Below, one piece after another: positions 21,850 through 35,011 of a stretch of DNA of 64,000 nt. The notes below the pieces were generated by a model. That model was not told the DNA's origin, did no database searches, and was given only the letters and a program-made list of their open reading frames with translations. The DNA lies in contig NC_057718.1 of NCBI RefSeq assembly GCF_004010195.1, positions 18,757,598-18,821,597 on the forward strand, in the 5' to 3' direction. The DNA comes from Chiloscyllium plagiosum. Its lineage: Eukaryota. A program made the position numbers and the translations under genes. Position 1 is the first letter of the stretch. Each line of letters begins with the position of its first letter.

Positions 21850-23800
21850 ATTGATATGTTTCCTTCCCTATAATAAAACATCACAATGCACTTCACAGGG
21901 CATTACAAAACAAAGCATGGGAAAAACGATGTAAGGAGATATAAGGATAGCTGAATTGAATTTATTGTCACATGTACCGAGGTACAGTGAAAAGCTTTGT
22001 CTTGTGAGCAATACAGGCAGATCACAGATTTAAGTAGCATAGATAGTAAATAATAGGTAAACAGCGGCAAAAACAAAAACGCAGGTACTGGCAAATGTTA
22101 AGAGTTTGTGAGTCCATTCAGTATTCTAACAACAGTAGGGTAGAAACTGTTACGAAACGGCTGGTGCATGTATTCAGGCTTCTGTACGTTCTCCCCGATG
22201 GCAGGATGGGATGGATCTTTGAGAAGGCTGGCTGCCTTTCCTTGACAGCGGGCCTGGTAGATGGATGCTATAGATGGGAGGTTGGCCTGTGTGATTGTCT
22301 GGGCCGAGTGCACCACTCTCTGTAACCGTCTCCGATCTTGAATGGTACAGTTGCCATACCAGGTAGTGATACATCCAGAAAGAATGCTCTCGATGGTGCA
22401 CCTATAAAAGTTGGCAAGGGTATTTGCTGTCATGCTAAATTTCCTCAGCTGCCTGAGGAAGAAGAAACATTGTTGGGCCTTTGTAACCAGTGCGTCCACA
22501 TGAAGAGTTCCAAGAAAGCTTGTTGTGGATGACCACTCCCAGGAGCTTGACACTCTCCACTCGTTTCACCTCTATGCATGAATAACATCCCGCCAAAAGT
22601 CAACAATGAGTTCCTTGGTTTTGCCGGCATTGAGAGCAAGGTTGTTCTCAGTGCACCATTTTTCCAGGTCTTCCATCTCCCAACTGTGGTCTGTTTCATC
22701 GCCATCTAAGATTCGACCGACTATGATGGTGTAATCAGTGAACTTGTAAATGGCATTAGTCTGGTATTTGCGACGCAGTCATGGGTATACAGTGAGTACA
22801 GAAGGGGGCTGACTATGCACCCCTCTGGGGCTCCAGTGTTGAGTGTTAGTGAAGATGAAATATTGTCCCCATTCTTCAAGGATTGTGGCCTGTGAATCAG
22901 GAAACTGAGAAACCAGGTGCAGAGAGTGGGCTTATTCCGAGATCACTAAGTTTAGTAACCAGTCTCGAGGGTATAATAGTGTTGAAGGCTGAACTGTAGT
23001 CAATGAGTAGGATTCTTATGTAACTGTTCTTGGTGTCAAGATGTTCCAAGATGAGGAGAGAAGAGCAAGTGATCTGACGTGGATCTGTCGGTCCGATAGG
23101 CAAATTGGAGTGGGTCAAGAGTAATGGGGAGGCTGGAGTTGATTAATGCCATGACCAGTCTTTCAAAGCACTTCATGACCACCAAAGGTAGGGCTACTGG
23201 GTGGTAGTCATTGAGACATGCTGCATGAGCCTTCTTAGGCACAGGGATGATGTTAGCCCTCTTGAAACAGGCTGAGACAGTGGCCTGCAACATGACCACA
23301 GAAACTTAGATGTAGGTTTTAAGAAGTTTATAAAAATAAGAAAGTGACGAAGAGAGGCAGAGAGATATAACACGATAGCTTGAGGTCAAGTTAACTGAAG
23401 CCAAGGCCACCATTAGTGGATCGATGAAAATATTCTAAATGTCAGAAGCAGAGAATTGCAGATGCCTCACAGGGCTAGAGGAATGGAAGAGATTACAGAG
23501 ATAGGGAGGGTTAGACCATGGAGGAATCTGAAAATAAGGATGAGAAATTTAAAATCGAGCCATTGCCTAAATGTGATCCAATATGGGTCAATAAGAATGG
23601 GATGAAAGGTAAATAGAACACAGACAGCTCAGTTTCTGATGGTGTCAAGTTTACAGAGGATAGAATGCAAAAGGCTGGTAGGGGTGCATCCAACAATCAT
23701 ATCCAGAGATAATAAAAGCATCCACTACGGTTTCAGCAGCAGGTGAACTGAGGCAAAGGCAGAGTCGAGCAATATTACATAGATGGAAATGAACAGTTTT
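21850..23800 (-). mobile_element. Old L2-like LINE fragment split by a Rex1 insertion
   Basis: Purine-rich antisense pattern (gattacagagatagggaggg..agaccatggaggaatctgaaaataaggatgagaaattt) shared with 60700-61120. Confidence 0.55.
21952..23292 (-). mobile_element. Rex1/Babar-type LINE RT, 5'-truncated
   Basis: CFKRANIIPVPKK..CLNDYHPVAL..VMKCFERLV, RILLIDYSSAFNTIIP and KAQQCFFFLRQLRKF..NFYRCTIESILSGCITTWYGNC motifs. Tail gtgacaataaattcaattca. Confidence 0.9.
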
Positions 23801-25566
23801 ACAGGTTTGATAACGTCAATGGCCCTTTGAACATAAATATTCTGCCTAGACAATCCAATGACACTGTACGGATTCTATCTTTGACTTCACTGAAGTGAAT
23901 CTCGTCTTTCATTTTTATGAGACTTTCATTACTGCTCTGCAGCTTCTTAACCACTCAACTCGTTAACCAGTCTACAAAAACATAAAACTGTAAAAAGGAA
24001 ATGGAAGCCTTTGGAATGAGATGGTAACATTAATCAATCTTTTATATCAAGGATTGTGGCAAAGTTATTTTAATTGGAGCTTAATTATGTTTGTCTGCGC
24101 ATTCAAGTGTAATTGACCAAAATGAATGAACTGCTGATGCCATGAGTGATCCAGTCCTTGCTAAATTTCCTTCCAGCAGTCATGCTGTTACCGCTTTAAT
24201 TTTACCAGATGCTCAATGGTAATATCAAAAGTCAGTACATTAATTACAGTACGACATGAGATGGAATTCAGATTTCAAAGTCCTCATGCAAATCATTCAA
24301 ATTCTCTCCCCATGCAGCCAATCCTTTTTATCTGAACTGTTCTCTGTAATCTTAGGGAGAACAGCCCAGCTATGATATCAAGAATGTTTCCTTTCCCTGC
24401 TTGGCACCATTCATTATGACTTAACGTCTGGATTGTTCCTGTAACGAACTCGCGCTGGTAAACAGCGTTACCTTCTGGGGCCTAGTTACTGTTTCATGTG
24501 GAGCATTTCAATGCCTACCACATATAAAGCGAAAGCAACTTACAGCAAAAGTCACACAACTGTGGACAATGTACAAATGCATTATTTCAAGTATCCCTCT
24601 TTACAAGACAAAAAATAGATTGTTTGCACTATCATTTGGAGCTGCCAGTTACCTGATGTATATGGTCAACAAAAGAAAAGTACAATACATAAACAAAAAC
24701 AAAGGATAGCATCTTTCCAGACCCCAAATGATGTGAGACATGGCAAGAAATTTGGGAAAATTGGATAGGATTACCCGGTGAGACTCACCTCAATGCCAAG
24801 ATCAAAAACTCCCATTTTTCAACCAAATTTTGGATGGTTCAGTCGAGATTCTCACTAGTGAGCAGCAAAAATCCTATTAGCATTATTAATTTATCTTGCC
24901 TTATTAATATACAGCTTACCAGATAGAAACTAGCTGCCAAGAAATCCTGACATGACAGTCAGAATGGTTATCTGGTGACTCCAGATCACTGCTTACTCCT
25001 CTGACTCTATCTAAGACACTTGGCACCAGCATCTCTGGGCACTCCCATGGCCACTGGCACCCAACATGTGCCAACCTCTCCATGCCATCAGGGCATGTCT
25101 CTGATCCCCTGACAATGCATTTCTGCCCTTCAATGCTGCACTTTGGAGTGCACCTGCACCTTTCATTGCAGTGCTGCTGCCAGGCCACTTTGTGTGCAGG
25201 GACAAGGACCCAGCTCATGGAGTGGAACAGATGCATCTCAGGGCTGCTATGTTGCTCTTATCGCTCACTCACTTTGTCTATAATTCACAGCATTGCCTTG
25301 CCTTGGCTTGTCTTTTGGCACTTTCCCGCTGCCACATTGTAAAGGTTCAGATTACTTCTGTCTTGTCTTGCTGCTTAGTGCAGACAGAAAACCAGGCAGA
25401 TTGTGCTGGGTATCAGCACCGATCAGTTAAGAGGGTGGACATGCTATTGAATGGCACCATGCTATGTTAATCTCATACCTACAGCATGTGCCAGCATCTT
25501 ACAGGGCAAACACATGTCAAGTGTAATCATCAAATGGCCAGACCTCAAAGTCCTCAGTCTCAGGAG

Positions 25567-26737
25567 AGTCAAAACGTGTGGTGCTGGAAAAAGCACAGCA
25601 GGTCAGACAGTATCTGAGGAGCAGGAGAGTCGATGTTTCAGGAATAAGCCCTTCACCAGAAATGTGGAGGGGGAAGGCGGCTCAGACATAAATAGGGGAG
25701 TGGGATGAGGCTGGGGGGGGTTAAGACAGGTGGGATGGCAATAGGTGGATGCTGGTGGGAGTTAATAGTGAAAGGTCAATAGGGAGTGGATACATGGGAA
25801 GGAAGATGGACGGCAGATTGGGTCAAGAGGGCATTGCTGAGTTGGAGGGTTGGATCTGGGATGAGATAGGGGAGGGAAGATTTGGAAACTGATGAAGTCA
25901 ATGTTGATGCCATATAATTGTAGGGTCCCAAGACAGAAGATGAGGCATTCTTACTGCAGTTGTCGGGTGGCTTGGATTTGGCAGTGGAGGAGGGCCAGCA
26001 TTTGCATATCCTTGGGGCAGTGTGAGAGGGAGTTGAAGTGGTTGGCTACAAGGCAGTGGGGTTGTTCAGTGTATGCAGACCAGAGATGTTCCCTGAACTG
26101 CTCTGTGAACTGGCACTTGGTCTTCCTGATGTAGAGGAGACCCCATCGAAAGCAAATGATGCAGTAAATGAGATGGGAGGATTTGCAGGAAAATCTCTGC
26201 TGGGTTTGAAATGATCCTTTAGGACCTTGGATGGAGGTGAAGGGGGAGGTGTGGCTGCAGGTTTTGCATGTTGTGTGTCGGCAGGGGAAGGTGCCAGGTG
26301 TAGAGGGTAGATTGGTGTGGAGAGTGGACCTAATGAGGGAGTCAAGGGGATATCGAGCACCAACCCGTGGAGTGGCTCAGGGAACATCTCTGGTCTGCAT
26401 GTACCAAACAAACCCACTGCCTTGTGGCCAACCACTTCAACTCCACCTCACACTCATCCGAGAAAATGCAAATCCTGGCCTTACTACACCTTCAAATCAA
26501 AGCCATCCAACAAGTGGAGGAAGAACGCCACATTTTCTGCCTTGGGACCCTACAACCATACGGCATCAACATTGACTTCACCAGTTTCCAAATCTCCCCA
26601 TCCTCCACCTCATCCCAGATCCAACCCTCCAACTCAGCAACACCCTCTTGACTTGACCCTCCTGTTCATTTTCCTTCCCACTTATCTACTCCACACTTTG
26701 CGACTCTGACTCTCTAGCATTTGCAGTCCTCACTTCC
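25567..26737. mobile_element. Fold-back Penelope-like insertion (GIY-YIG + pLTR on both strands)
   Basis: The minus arm 25567-~26350 carries a degenerate hammerhead at 25628-25663. The plus arm ~26351-26737 encodes REHLW..VANHFNSTSHS..EERHIFCLGTLQPYGINIDF. TSD tcctcagtctcaggag (25551-25566) / tcctcagtctcatgag (26738-26753). Confidence 0.85.
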
Positions 26738-26754
26738 TCCTCAGTCTCATGAGG

Positions 26755-27090
26755 TATTATTACTGGATTCTCAATCCAGAGACCCAGGTAATGTTTCAGG
26801 GACCTGGGTTCGAATCCCACCACGGCAGATGGTGGAATTGGAACTCAATTTTTAAAAACGATCTGGAATTAATAATCTAATGAAGATCATGAATCCATTG
26901 TCAATTATTGGAAAAACCCATCTGGTTCACTAACTTAAGGAAGGAAATTGCCATCCTTACCGGGACTGGCCTACATGTGACTCCAAATTCACAGCAGTGT
27001 GTTGACTCTTAACTGCCTCCTGGGCAGTTAGGGATGGGAAGTGATTACTGGCTTAGCTGGCGACCCCTCCTCCTAGGAATGAATTTTTAA
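26755..27090 (+). mobile_element. tRNA-derived SINE family B
   Basis: B box gggttcgaatccc and the family body and tail. Confidence 0.8.
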
Positions 27091-27132
27091 AAGTCCCCTC
27101 ACATGGGGACTGCCATCAGTCAGGTGGTACCA

Positions 27133-27168
27133 GTTCCTGAAGAAGGGCTTATGCCCGAAACGTCGATT
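27133..27168 (+). ncRNA. Minimal type I hammerhead ribozyme motif, core intact
   Basis: CTGAAGA (27137-43), A, stem II GGGC-TTAT-GCCC, GAAA (27157-60), loop-less palindromic ACGT stem III. Predicted cleavage is after GUC at 27164. Confidence 0.8.
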
Positions 27169-27228
27169 CTCCTGTTCCCTGGATGCTGCCTGACCTGCTG
27201 CGCTTTTCCAGCAACACATTTTCAGCTC
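27135..27228 (+). mobile_element. 94-bp solo hammerhead unit with perfect TSD
   Basis: TSD tggtaccagt at 27125-27134 and 27229-27238. Confidence 0.9.
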
Positions 27229-28944
27229 TGGTACCAGTACTGTCAAGCAAAGGCATCATCCAGTATTAGTCTAAGGGCTTGGACAAGTTCAGTCATCCAC
27301 TTGGAGTGGTCAGGATCAAGGGATTCACCTGACTGCTGTCTAAGGTGGGCCCCAGTCAGTGCAACCAATCTAAGGGCTCACTGATTATCAATCATGGAGC
27401 TACATGAAAAGTAATGGGGATTTGGTCAGTTATCCACTTGATCTGTCCTTCCACATTGGTGAGGGGTGGTCATGGTTGGTACTGGCGGTCAGCAGAATGA
27501 AAGTCAAGGGGGATTACGAGGAGACACTGCTGTGGAAGAGATATGGAGGATCTTAATTCTAAGCATTAAAGGCAACAGCCTGGGATGCAGAGAAGTCAAG
27601 GATGGTGATGGGGGAGGTAATTTGATATGTAAGAGTAGCCAGTAGTGCATGGGAGGACATAGGATCATTGGTGTTCATCATTATCATGGCCTCAGCAGAG
27701 AAATGTGCAGCACAATGGTGGGCAGGACTAAAGTATAGTGACAGGGCTCAGGGATAAGGATGAAAATTGCAGTCATAAATCCAGGTGGTGGGTGTGAATA
27801 GCTAGGGGACAGAAGTGATGGGCTGTCCATAGACTGTCAGGTAAAAAGAGGCATGAAGTTTTGGGGAGCCCCTAATTACAAACTGAGTCTGTGACTCACA
27901 GTGCCTAAAGCAATCTGTGTTGCCTTCTATATCCGTTTAATGTCTAAGTGTGAAATGGAAATGGAAAAGCCAGAAAGCAAGCCCAGACAGTATTTTCTTT
28001 CTGTCCCAATGCATGGGCTTGATGGTTAAACAATGGGATGCCTTTTGAGGGGCAGTTGTTTCGACCATGCAATTATATCTTCATGCATATGGAATACACA
28101 TAATGTACAACTGCGAGAGTACAAACGCTGGGCATAAACTATCTTGACCATATTAATGCTGTTTGGAAAATGTCACCTCTGTGAAGCAGAAGAGATCACC
28201 AATGATCTTAAAAACGTCACCGTTCACGAAAATAGAGGGTCATGGAACTGATTCTTATCACCTTGAATTGTTAGTGGTCTGCAACACATTCTTATATGCA
28301 ACAATGCCTGTCTTGGGTAATGTGTATTTGAAACACAAAGTCTCGGCATTCATGCTTATTTCTAGTAAAATTCAGCCCAATGAGTTGACTCTAATTAGTC
28401 CCACTTATGCCAGTGTTTGAACATGCATTTCAGCCATTATCTTTAAGGTGTTCAGGTCTTACGATAGCATGTGTGTTAGTTGGTGTTAGTAATTTGTCTG
28501 GTATCAATTCATTTCTGGGATGATTTTCCTTTCCTGGGGAGTGCCATTTCCACTGTGAATGCTTTATTAGTGCAAGATACTTGATGTCTCTGCTGGGTTG
28601 AAGATTTCCAGAGTGTGTTGAGCTGTTGTTGCTTGTTATTTGAATTGAGTGAAAGCTGCTTCCTGTTCTGTGCCCAACCACTGTACATTCTTAGCAGTGA
28701 CCTTACATAGTGGCTCAAACTCTAATGACACAGAAGGCAAGAACTCTGTTGGGTAATTCACAAATCCAGCAAATTGCTGCATTTACAGCTGTTGGATTTT
28801 TGCAAAAGGCAAAGTGCTTTTACAGTCAGTACACGATCGAAGTACATGACTTCGGGCATCTTCCATTGCATCATTTTCTTGTTCAGTTTCATCTGGCAAA
28901 CTCTCTTTAACAGTCAGACTAATGTCTGATGGTCGTACTGATTG

Positions 28945-29169
28945 TGACAAGGTCAGTTAGGTGGACCTTATAGAACATGAGTTCTCTGCTTGGGGATGTT
29001 AATAAGGTCCAATAAGGGAGCCCTGACTAACAGATTTAAACAGGAGTGCCAGAGGTTCTGTTCACCCTAACAGCAGGCTCTAAGGAAGCCGGACCAGTGT
29101 CAAGGACTCTTTAAAACTAAATAAAGGGTGACTTGGTCATGTGATACCAGATCCTCTGGAGTTATTTCA
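28945..29169 (+). mobile_element. Solo LTR
   Basis: TG...CA ends and a 4-bp direct repeat attg on both sides. aaataaagggtgacttgg is shared with the LTR at 10470-10677. Confidence 0.7.
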
Positions 29170-30001
29170 ATTGCGGTTTGCAATGGCTTCTTGCATAATG
29201 CTACCACAACCAATGACTAGCAGATCACTCACAGTAACTTCCACTCCAGTAGATCACTGACTATTCCGTGTTGTCTGTATTGATACTCTTACAAAGCAAA
29301 GGAAATGCTGATAGTATGCCCAACCGTCTATAGCTCCTAAATGACGTTCATAATATAGCTAGAAAATTGCTGTCTTCTTCCAGTTTCACCTGCCAGTAAC
29401 TAGGTAAAGGTAAAGTCACCAAAGTACATTAGAAAGAGAAAACTGTTATAAATTAACCTAAGGGTAACCACACCTCAGGCAAGGGACAAGGCAGGATCTT
29501 CATGGTAACCTCAGCCAGAACAAGAATTAAACCCACAGTATTGGCCTCACTCTCCAGTACAGACCAGCTGTCCAACAGGCTGAGCTAACCAACCTCAAAA
29601 CGAGTAGAGCCATCAATGTTAGCAAAGAGTTGGTAAGTAGTGGTGAAATTTCTTCAAATGAGGTAGTGAGATCTCTTCAACATTTTCTTGAGGTCCTTTG
29701 GATCTGCATATACTCATAGCCTTCCAGTTTTTCAATGTGATCAGGATGCAAGTCTAGTCTGCAGGAATTGGCTTTTCTTGATTACTCCCTCCTTTTCTAG
29801 CTTTTCTCCCTTGTCTGCCAAGCTGAATTTACGGGCAACTGCAATTGACCTGAAATGATGCTACATTGATCTCATGCCGTCATCTACTTCGACTTGATTT
29901 TCACCAGGAAGACAATCAAATCCTGTAAAAAATACCTCGATAATGTTCTAGGCTCTGTTTGGTCGTCAATGACTTCATGGCTTGTGAAACACTGCACTAG
30001 G

Positions 30002-30096
30002 ATTCCTGAAGAAGGGCTAATGCCCGAAATGTCGATTCTCCTGTTCCCTAGATGCTGCCTGACCTCCTGCGCTTTTCCAGCAACACATTTCCAGTC
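30002..30096 (+). mobile_element. ~95-bp solo hammerhead unit (same subfamily as 27135)
   Basis: attcCTGAAGAagggctaatgcccGAAAtgtcgatt...gcgcttttccagcaacacattt. No clear TSD. Confidence 0.85.
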
Positions 30097-31899
30097 TATG
30101 CTTTAGACTTGTGTCAGCTGAGATTAGTGCATTTTCCTTAACATTTACTGACAGGACCTCCAGATCTTCATTCTTCCCATTGCAGTGGGCTCTCAGCATC
30201 ATTTGTCTTCTTGGGATGAGTATCATTCCATGATATAGCCAAGGGTCTCAGCCTTGACTTATTTAGTGAAGCTCATGATGTTGCACAAAGGAGTGGTATC
30301 CATTTGGTACTTTATGTTCACTTGATGCTCTCCCTCTGCAGTCATCATTCTAACAGTCACAAACCATTTATCATTTTTAGTCCTGATTATGCCAACTTGT
30401 TCTATGACATAGAGTGATTCATCAGAATCATTGTCTGACATCTCTCTAGCAGCCACCTTTTATAGTGTTGCTTTGTTTCTTTCTAGCTAAACAGTATTGA
30501 TAAAGTAATTCAGCTTCTTGCAGGTAAAGTACTGATTTCTCATGGTGGACATGCTTCTATTTTCTTTTCTGTGGTGTCCTCCACAATATTTTCATCTTGT
30601 ACTTTTGCATTGAGTATTTTTTCTGGTAGTCCTGAAAATATTTCTTCATGGAGATTTCAAATAGTGTCTTCAAAACCTTCAATATTTTTGTGGCTGGCTT
30701 TCTGCTCTTCAGCTGCAATACAGCACTGATAACAAGGTTGCTACTCTTACTTACTCAGGCTTCTAATTGATTTTTATAGCTGTCTCATCATTTTGCCACA
30801 AAGACTGGAAGAAATCGTCACTCATAGCTCCCTTTATTTCCACAGCACCAGGGACTGGAACATTCATAGCCATTCTGACTCAACCAGTAACTCAATGTTG
30901 CAGACTGCTGTTCTAATTCTTCCTTTCTGTTCTTATAGTAGTTGACTCTCCTACAATTCTGAAAATTCACAAAATTTCAGCTGACAATTTCTAACATTAT
31001 CTTTCATGTAACCTGTAATAAAAAGTGAAAGCAATTTACAGCAGAGGTCATATGACAGCAGCAAGTTACAATTGTGCAATGTCCAAATGCATTGCTTCAA
31101 ATGAGTACTGAGACAATGTTCCTCCGTATGCCCTGTGGTGGCTTTTAAAGTTGATGGTGGTGAAGCTCAAGGGAGTGAGGGCAAACTTCCCACTCAGTTT
31201 GGGAAGGGTCACTGAACTCACACTTGAATTGGCTCACAATGTTAAATATGTAGGGCAATACCAAGAGTAAGTAAACACAAACTGTATCTCCCTTAATAAA
31301 ACATTTAAGAGCTTCCAGCTCTTATAGGACAGCCTGGGAATCTCAAGAGATTAAAGATTAATCTCCTGGACAGTGCTGCTGGGAGAATTGCTTTTGGAGC
31401 GTGACTGAAATTGTGATTTTTCTTTTTGTCTTCTTTTCATAATTTTGTTTAGTTGTTGTAGAGTTATTGAAGTGGGGAAGGGTACTGAAGTTGTTTGACT
31501 TAGCAGGGTATCATTAAGCTCAGGAAGATATCCAAGAATACATCCAACAATTGGTGGCAACTTGGATTGAAGTGCTGCCTAAAAGGGCTATCATGGGGCA
31601 ATCTTCTTGAGCAACAGAAAGGACATTAAATATTTTGCCAGGTAAAAAAAAATGCAGTATATAATAATGGAAGATTGGAAATCGAGTGATATGACAGACC
31701 GACAAAAAAGATGAGATCCTCAACAGACCTGCTGTACATGCCATTCACTTAGAACTTGGCTGATCTGCACCTCAATCCCATGTCAGTTTTGTTCCATATC
31801 CTTTGATAACCTCGTCTAAGATTAACAAACTGAAAATGCCAAATTCTCAGGTGGGATTTGAAATCATGTTCTCTGTGTTACTGGTTAGCATCAACAAAC

Positions 31900-32580
31900 A
31901 GTAGAATCTAGGCAAACAGATCCACAATTCCCTGAAAGTGGAAACACAAGTGGTTAAGGCGGTCAAAAAGGCATATGGCATGCTTTCCTTTATCAGCTGG
32001 GGCAGAGTGTAAAAATTGGCAAGTCATTTTGCAGTTTTATACAACTTTATATAGGCTACATTGGGAATACTGTGTACAGTTCTGATTGCCATACTACCAG
32101 AGGATGTTGCAACTTGGAGAGAGTACAGAAATGGCTTACCATGGTATTGCCTGGTTTGGAGGGTATTAGCTATAGGGAGAGATTGGACAAACTTTGTTTG
32201 TTTTCACTCGAACATTGAAGGTTGGTGGGCGACCTGATAGAAGTTTACAGTGTTATGAAAGGCGTAAATAGTATGACTAGTCAGAGTCCTTTTCCCAGGC
32301 TAGAAATGTCAATTACTATGGAACATAGGCTTAAGGTATAAGGGTGAAGTTTAAAGGAGATTTGAGAGGCAAGTGTCTGGAATGCACTGCTAGAGGGGGT
32401 GGTGGAAGCAGATACATGGCAACGTTTATGAAGTATTTTACAGCTTTATGAATAAGCGGGGAACAGAGGGATATGGATTGCATACAGACAAAAGGTTTTT
32501 ATCTTAGAAAAGCACATGTTGGTGCAGTCTTGGTGGGCTGAAGGGCCTGTTTCTGTTGCTGTACTGTTCTTTGCTCTCTT
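31900..32580 (+). mobile_element. CR1 3' fragment
   Basis: tccctgaaagtgg..aaggcatatggcatgct.., EYCVQF-type motif and gggctgaagggcctgtt tail. Confidence 0.8.
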
Positions 32581-33859
32581 TGATCCAGATCTCTGGGTTG
32601 CTAGTCTACTAGTAGAGCCTGTATCCTATTGGTATCCCCCTCTACAAATTCATAGATGTTGGTTTGAAAATCTGTTCTCTACTCTAGGATATACTGTCAG
32701 CCTTTTGGGGGGCATTCCTAATACAAGTATTGACTGGCTGAGAGCTGTACTCTATCATGTGGTAATCTTTGGAGATATAAATAATCAATCTCTATTTAGA
32801 TGAAATGCAGCAATAAGCTTGAAGGAAGATCAATAGAATCTAAACACTTGTAGCTTTTTAAAAAATGTACTCTAGTTTTTCAGGCTTGGATTTGAATTCC
32901 ACATTAGGATCCCAAAAAATCATTTTCTGCTGAAAAGCGTCTTATCCAATGCAATGTTAGCTGAGTACTGGGTTGGCATCAGGTGATTATAAGTGTGTTT
33001 TCACAAAAGATGTGATCTGAGAACTCGTGGCTATCTTCTCACTACTAGTATTGGTAGTTACTTTATTGAGGGTGATGATGAAGACCAGGAGCAAGGGTTA
33101 TCTGGCTCATCAGATCTCCCACTGTCAATGCTTTTTATGGTGGCACTTTTGTGTCCAGGGTATCAATGGTGCTTCTGTAAAATAATTCTGCTCCATTGGC
33201 CATTCTCTGGCATGATGGTATTCCAATTTTCTCTAATTCATTTGCAAGGCAATATCTGGTATCAGATGGCATGAAACACAATGTTGATGACATTGAGCAT
33301 TTACTCATGACCAATCACCCCATGGGCACTGCAGATTGCTACTTGTTATTCATCAAATCAGCTGTTTGCAGCTATACTTTAAGCATCCATCAGTAGTTTT
33401 AGACTCCTGACAAGCTATTGTGTTGGTAAAACATTAAGTAATCTAATTCCTTGGAAGTACGGAACTTAAATTTCACTAAAGAGATGTGAACTTTTTTTGT
33501 CTTTTACTCATCAAAGTGGAAACCCAAAGAAAGAAATAACTTTAGAAAGGTAGCAAAAATTTATACAGCAGGAATAAATGGTGCAGGTTAGTTGGACTGG
33601 CTCATAGTGCAGTCAGGATTATTTAGTATGTGTTGTCTAATGCAGAAATACACTGAATGATGAACACTGGGTTTTGCAAGCATAGGCTGGTTCAGCACCT
33701 TCAGCAAGGTGCCTGCAACGGACAGTTAAAGACATATGTTGTTTGATATTGTCCACCAATCATGATAGCTTAAGGCTTATTTACCCCTGATCATGCTACC
33801 ACTGAAACTCACACATGCATTATTTGTTTGTATAGTGGGCAGATGTCTTATTGAAAACA

Positions 33860-33983
33860 AAACAGAAAGAACCACAGAGGCTGTAAATCAGAAACAAAAA
33901 CAGAAATTGCTGGAAAAGCTCAGCAGCTCTGATAGCATCTATGGAGAGTGAAGGTTTCAGGTTGAATGACCCTTCCACAGAAG
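33860..33983 (-). mobile_element. Second-family Penelope pLTR unit, degenerate
   Basis: The minus strand reads ctgtggaagggtcattcaacctgaaacct...gctgagcttttccagca. Confidence 0.6.
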
Positions 33984-35011
33984 GTTGACAGCAGCATCCT
34001 GTTACTGGAGAATACCACTCCTGTTTACTGCAAAGCAACTGTTTGAGGCATTTAGCTTTACCTCTTGCTTCATATTTTGCTCAAGATTAAATAATCTTTT
34101 GGAAGTATAACAGTAAATGTTTTAAGTGTTTAAATAACACAATCATCATAATTATGATCTTATGCAATATTGAGTTTTTTTATCCCTGAGCTTTGGTATG
34201 AAGTTTTTGGTTGTCTTAAATCCTGAACACCCACCGAAATGCAATGACAATTGATTCATTGGTGGAAACAAGCAGGTAATGCTTCAAGATGAATGTGTTG
34301 TACAAGCATGAAGCGACTTGGAGAGTCACTTCTGACAAGGAATGAACTATGAGCTCTGATGATGAAGAGGGCCCAAGGAAATGGCTGGAAATGAATAATA
34401 TTTCATAGACTACAATTGGGAATTGTCAAACCCGGTAGATATGCTGTTTAAGAAAGAAATAAATATTACTGAGATTTGTATGAACAAGCAGAAAAATTGA
34501 ACACATACTTATAGGAAAATGGATGGGTCTACTGCTTTTGAAAAGTAAGTTTCATTATGAAAAGTTGGCAGGTAATAGCTGAGAACTGGTTGGTATTTTA
34601 ACCTAAAAATTATACATTTTTCAGAAATTGGGAGGAAGATTTTAAAAAAGGTGTTAGACCAAGAAGTATTTGTAAAATTCTGAATTTAACAGAGAAGGTT
34701 CATCAAGCTAATAGAAATAAATCATTCATGGGACGTGGGCATCACTGCCAAGGCCAGCAAACACTGCCCATTCCTATTTGCTACTTGAGAAGGCGGTGTT
34801 GAGCTCCCTTTTTGAATCACTACAGCACACGATGTGAAGGTAATCCAATAGTTGTCATATAGATTATTACAGGTAGCAAGCTGGGCTATTTCAGAAGTCA
34901 GTTAAAAGTCACCCACATTTCTGTGGCTTCAGAATCACATATAAACTAGGCACATTTCTTGAACATGTGACCTCTCCCTGGTACCATCTAAAGTAGCCTG
35001 ATCACCATTAA

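Larger units (their letters stand above)
28100..31100 (-). mobile_element. Heavily decayed Gypsy element (gag, protease, RT start, integrase remnants)
   Basis: ORF 30259..30456 has KWFVTV...YQMDTTPLCNIM (aspartic protease-like). DPKDLKKMLKRSHY lies near 29700 and a zinc-knuckle remnant at ~30500-30600. Confidence 0.6.
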
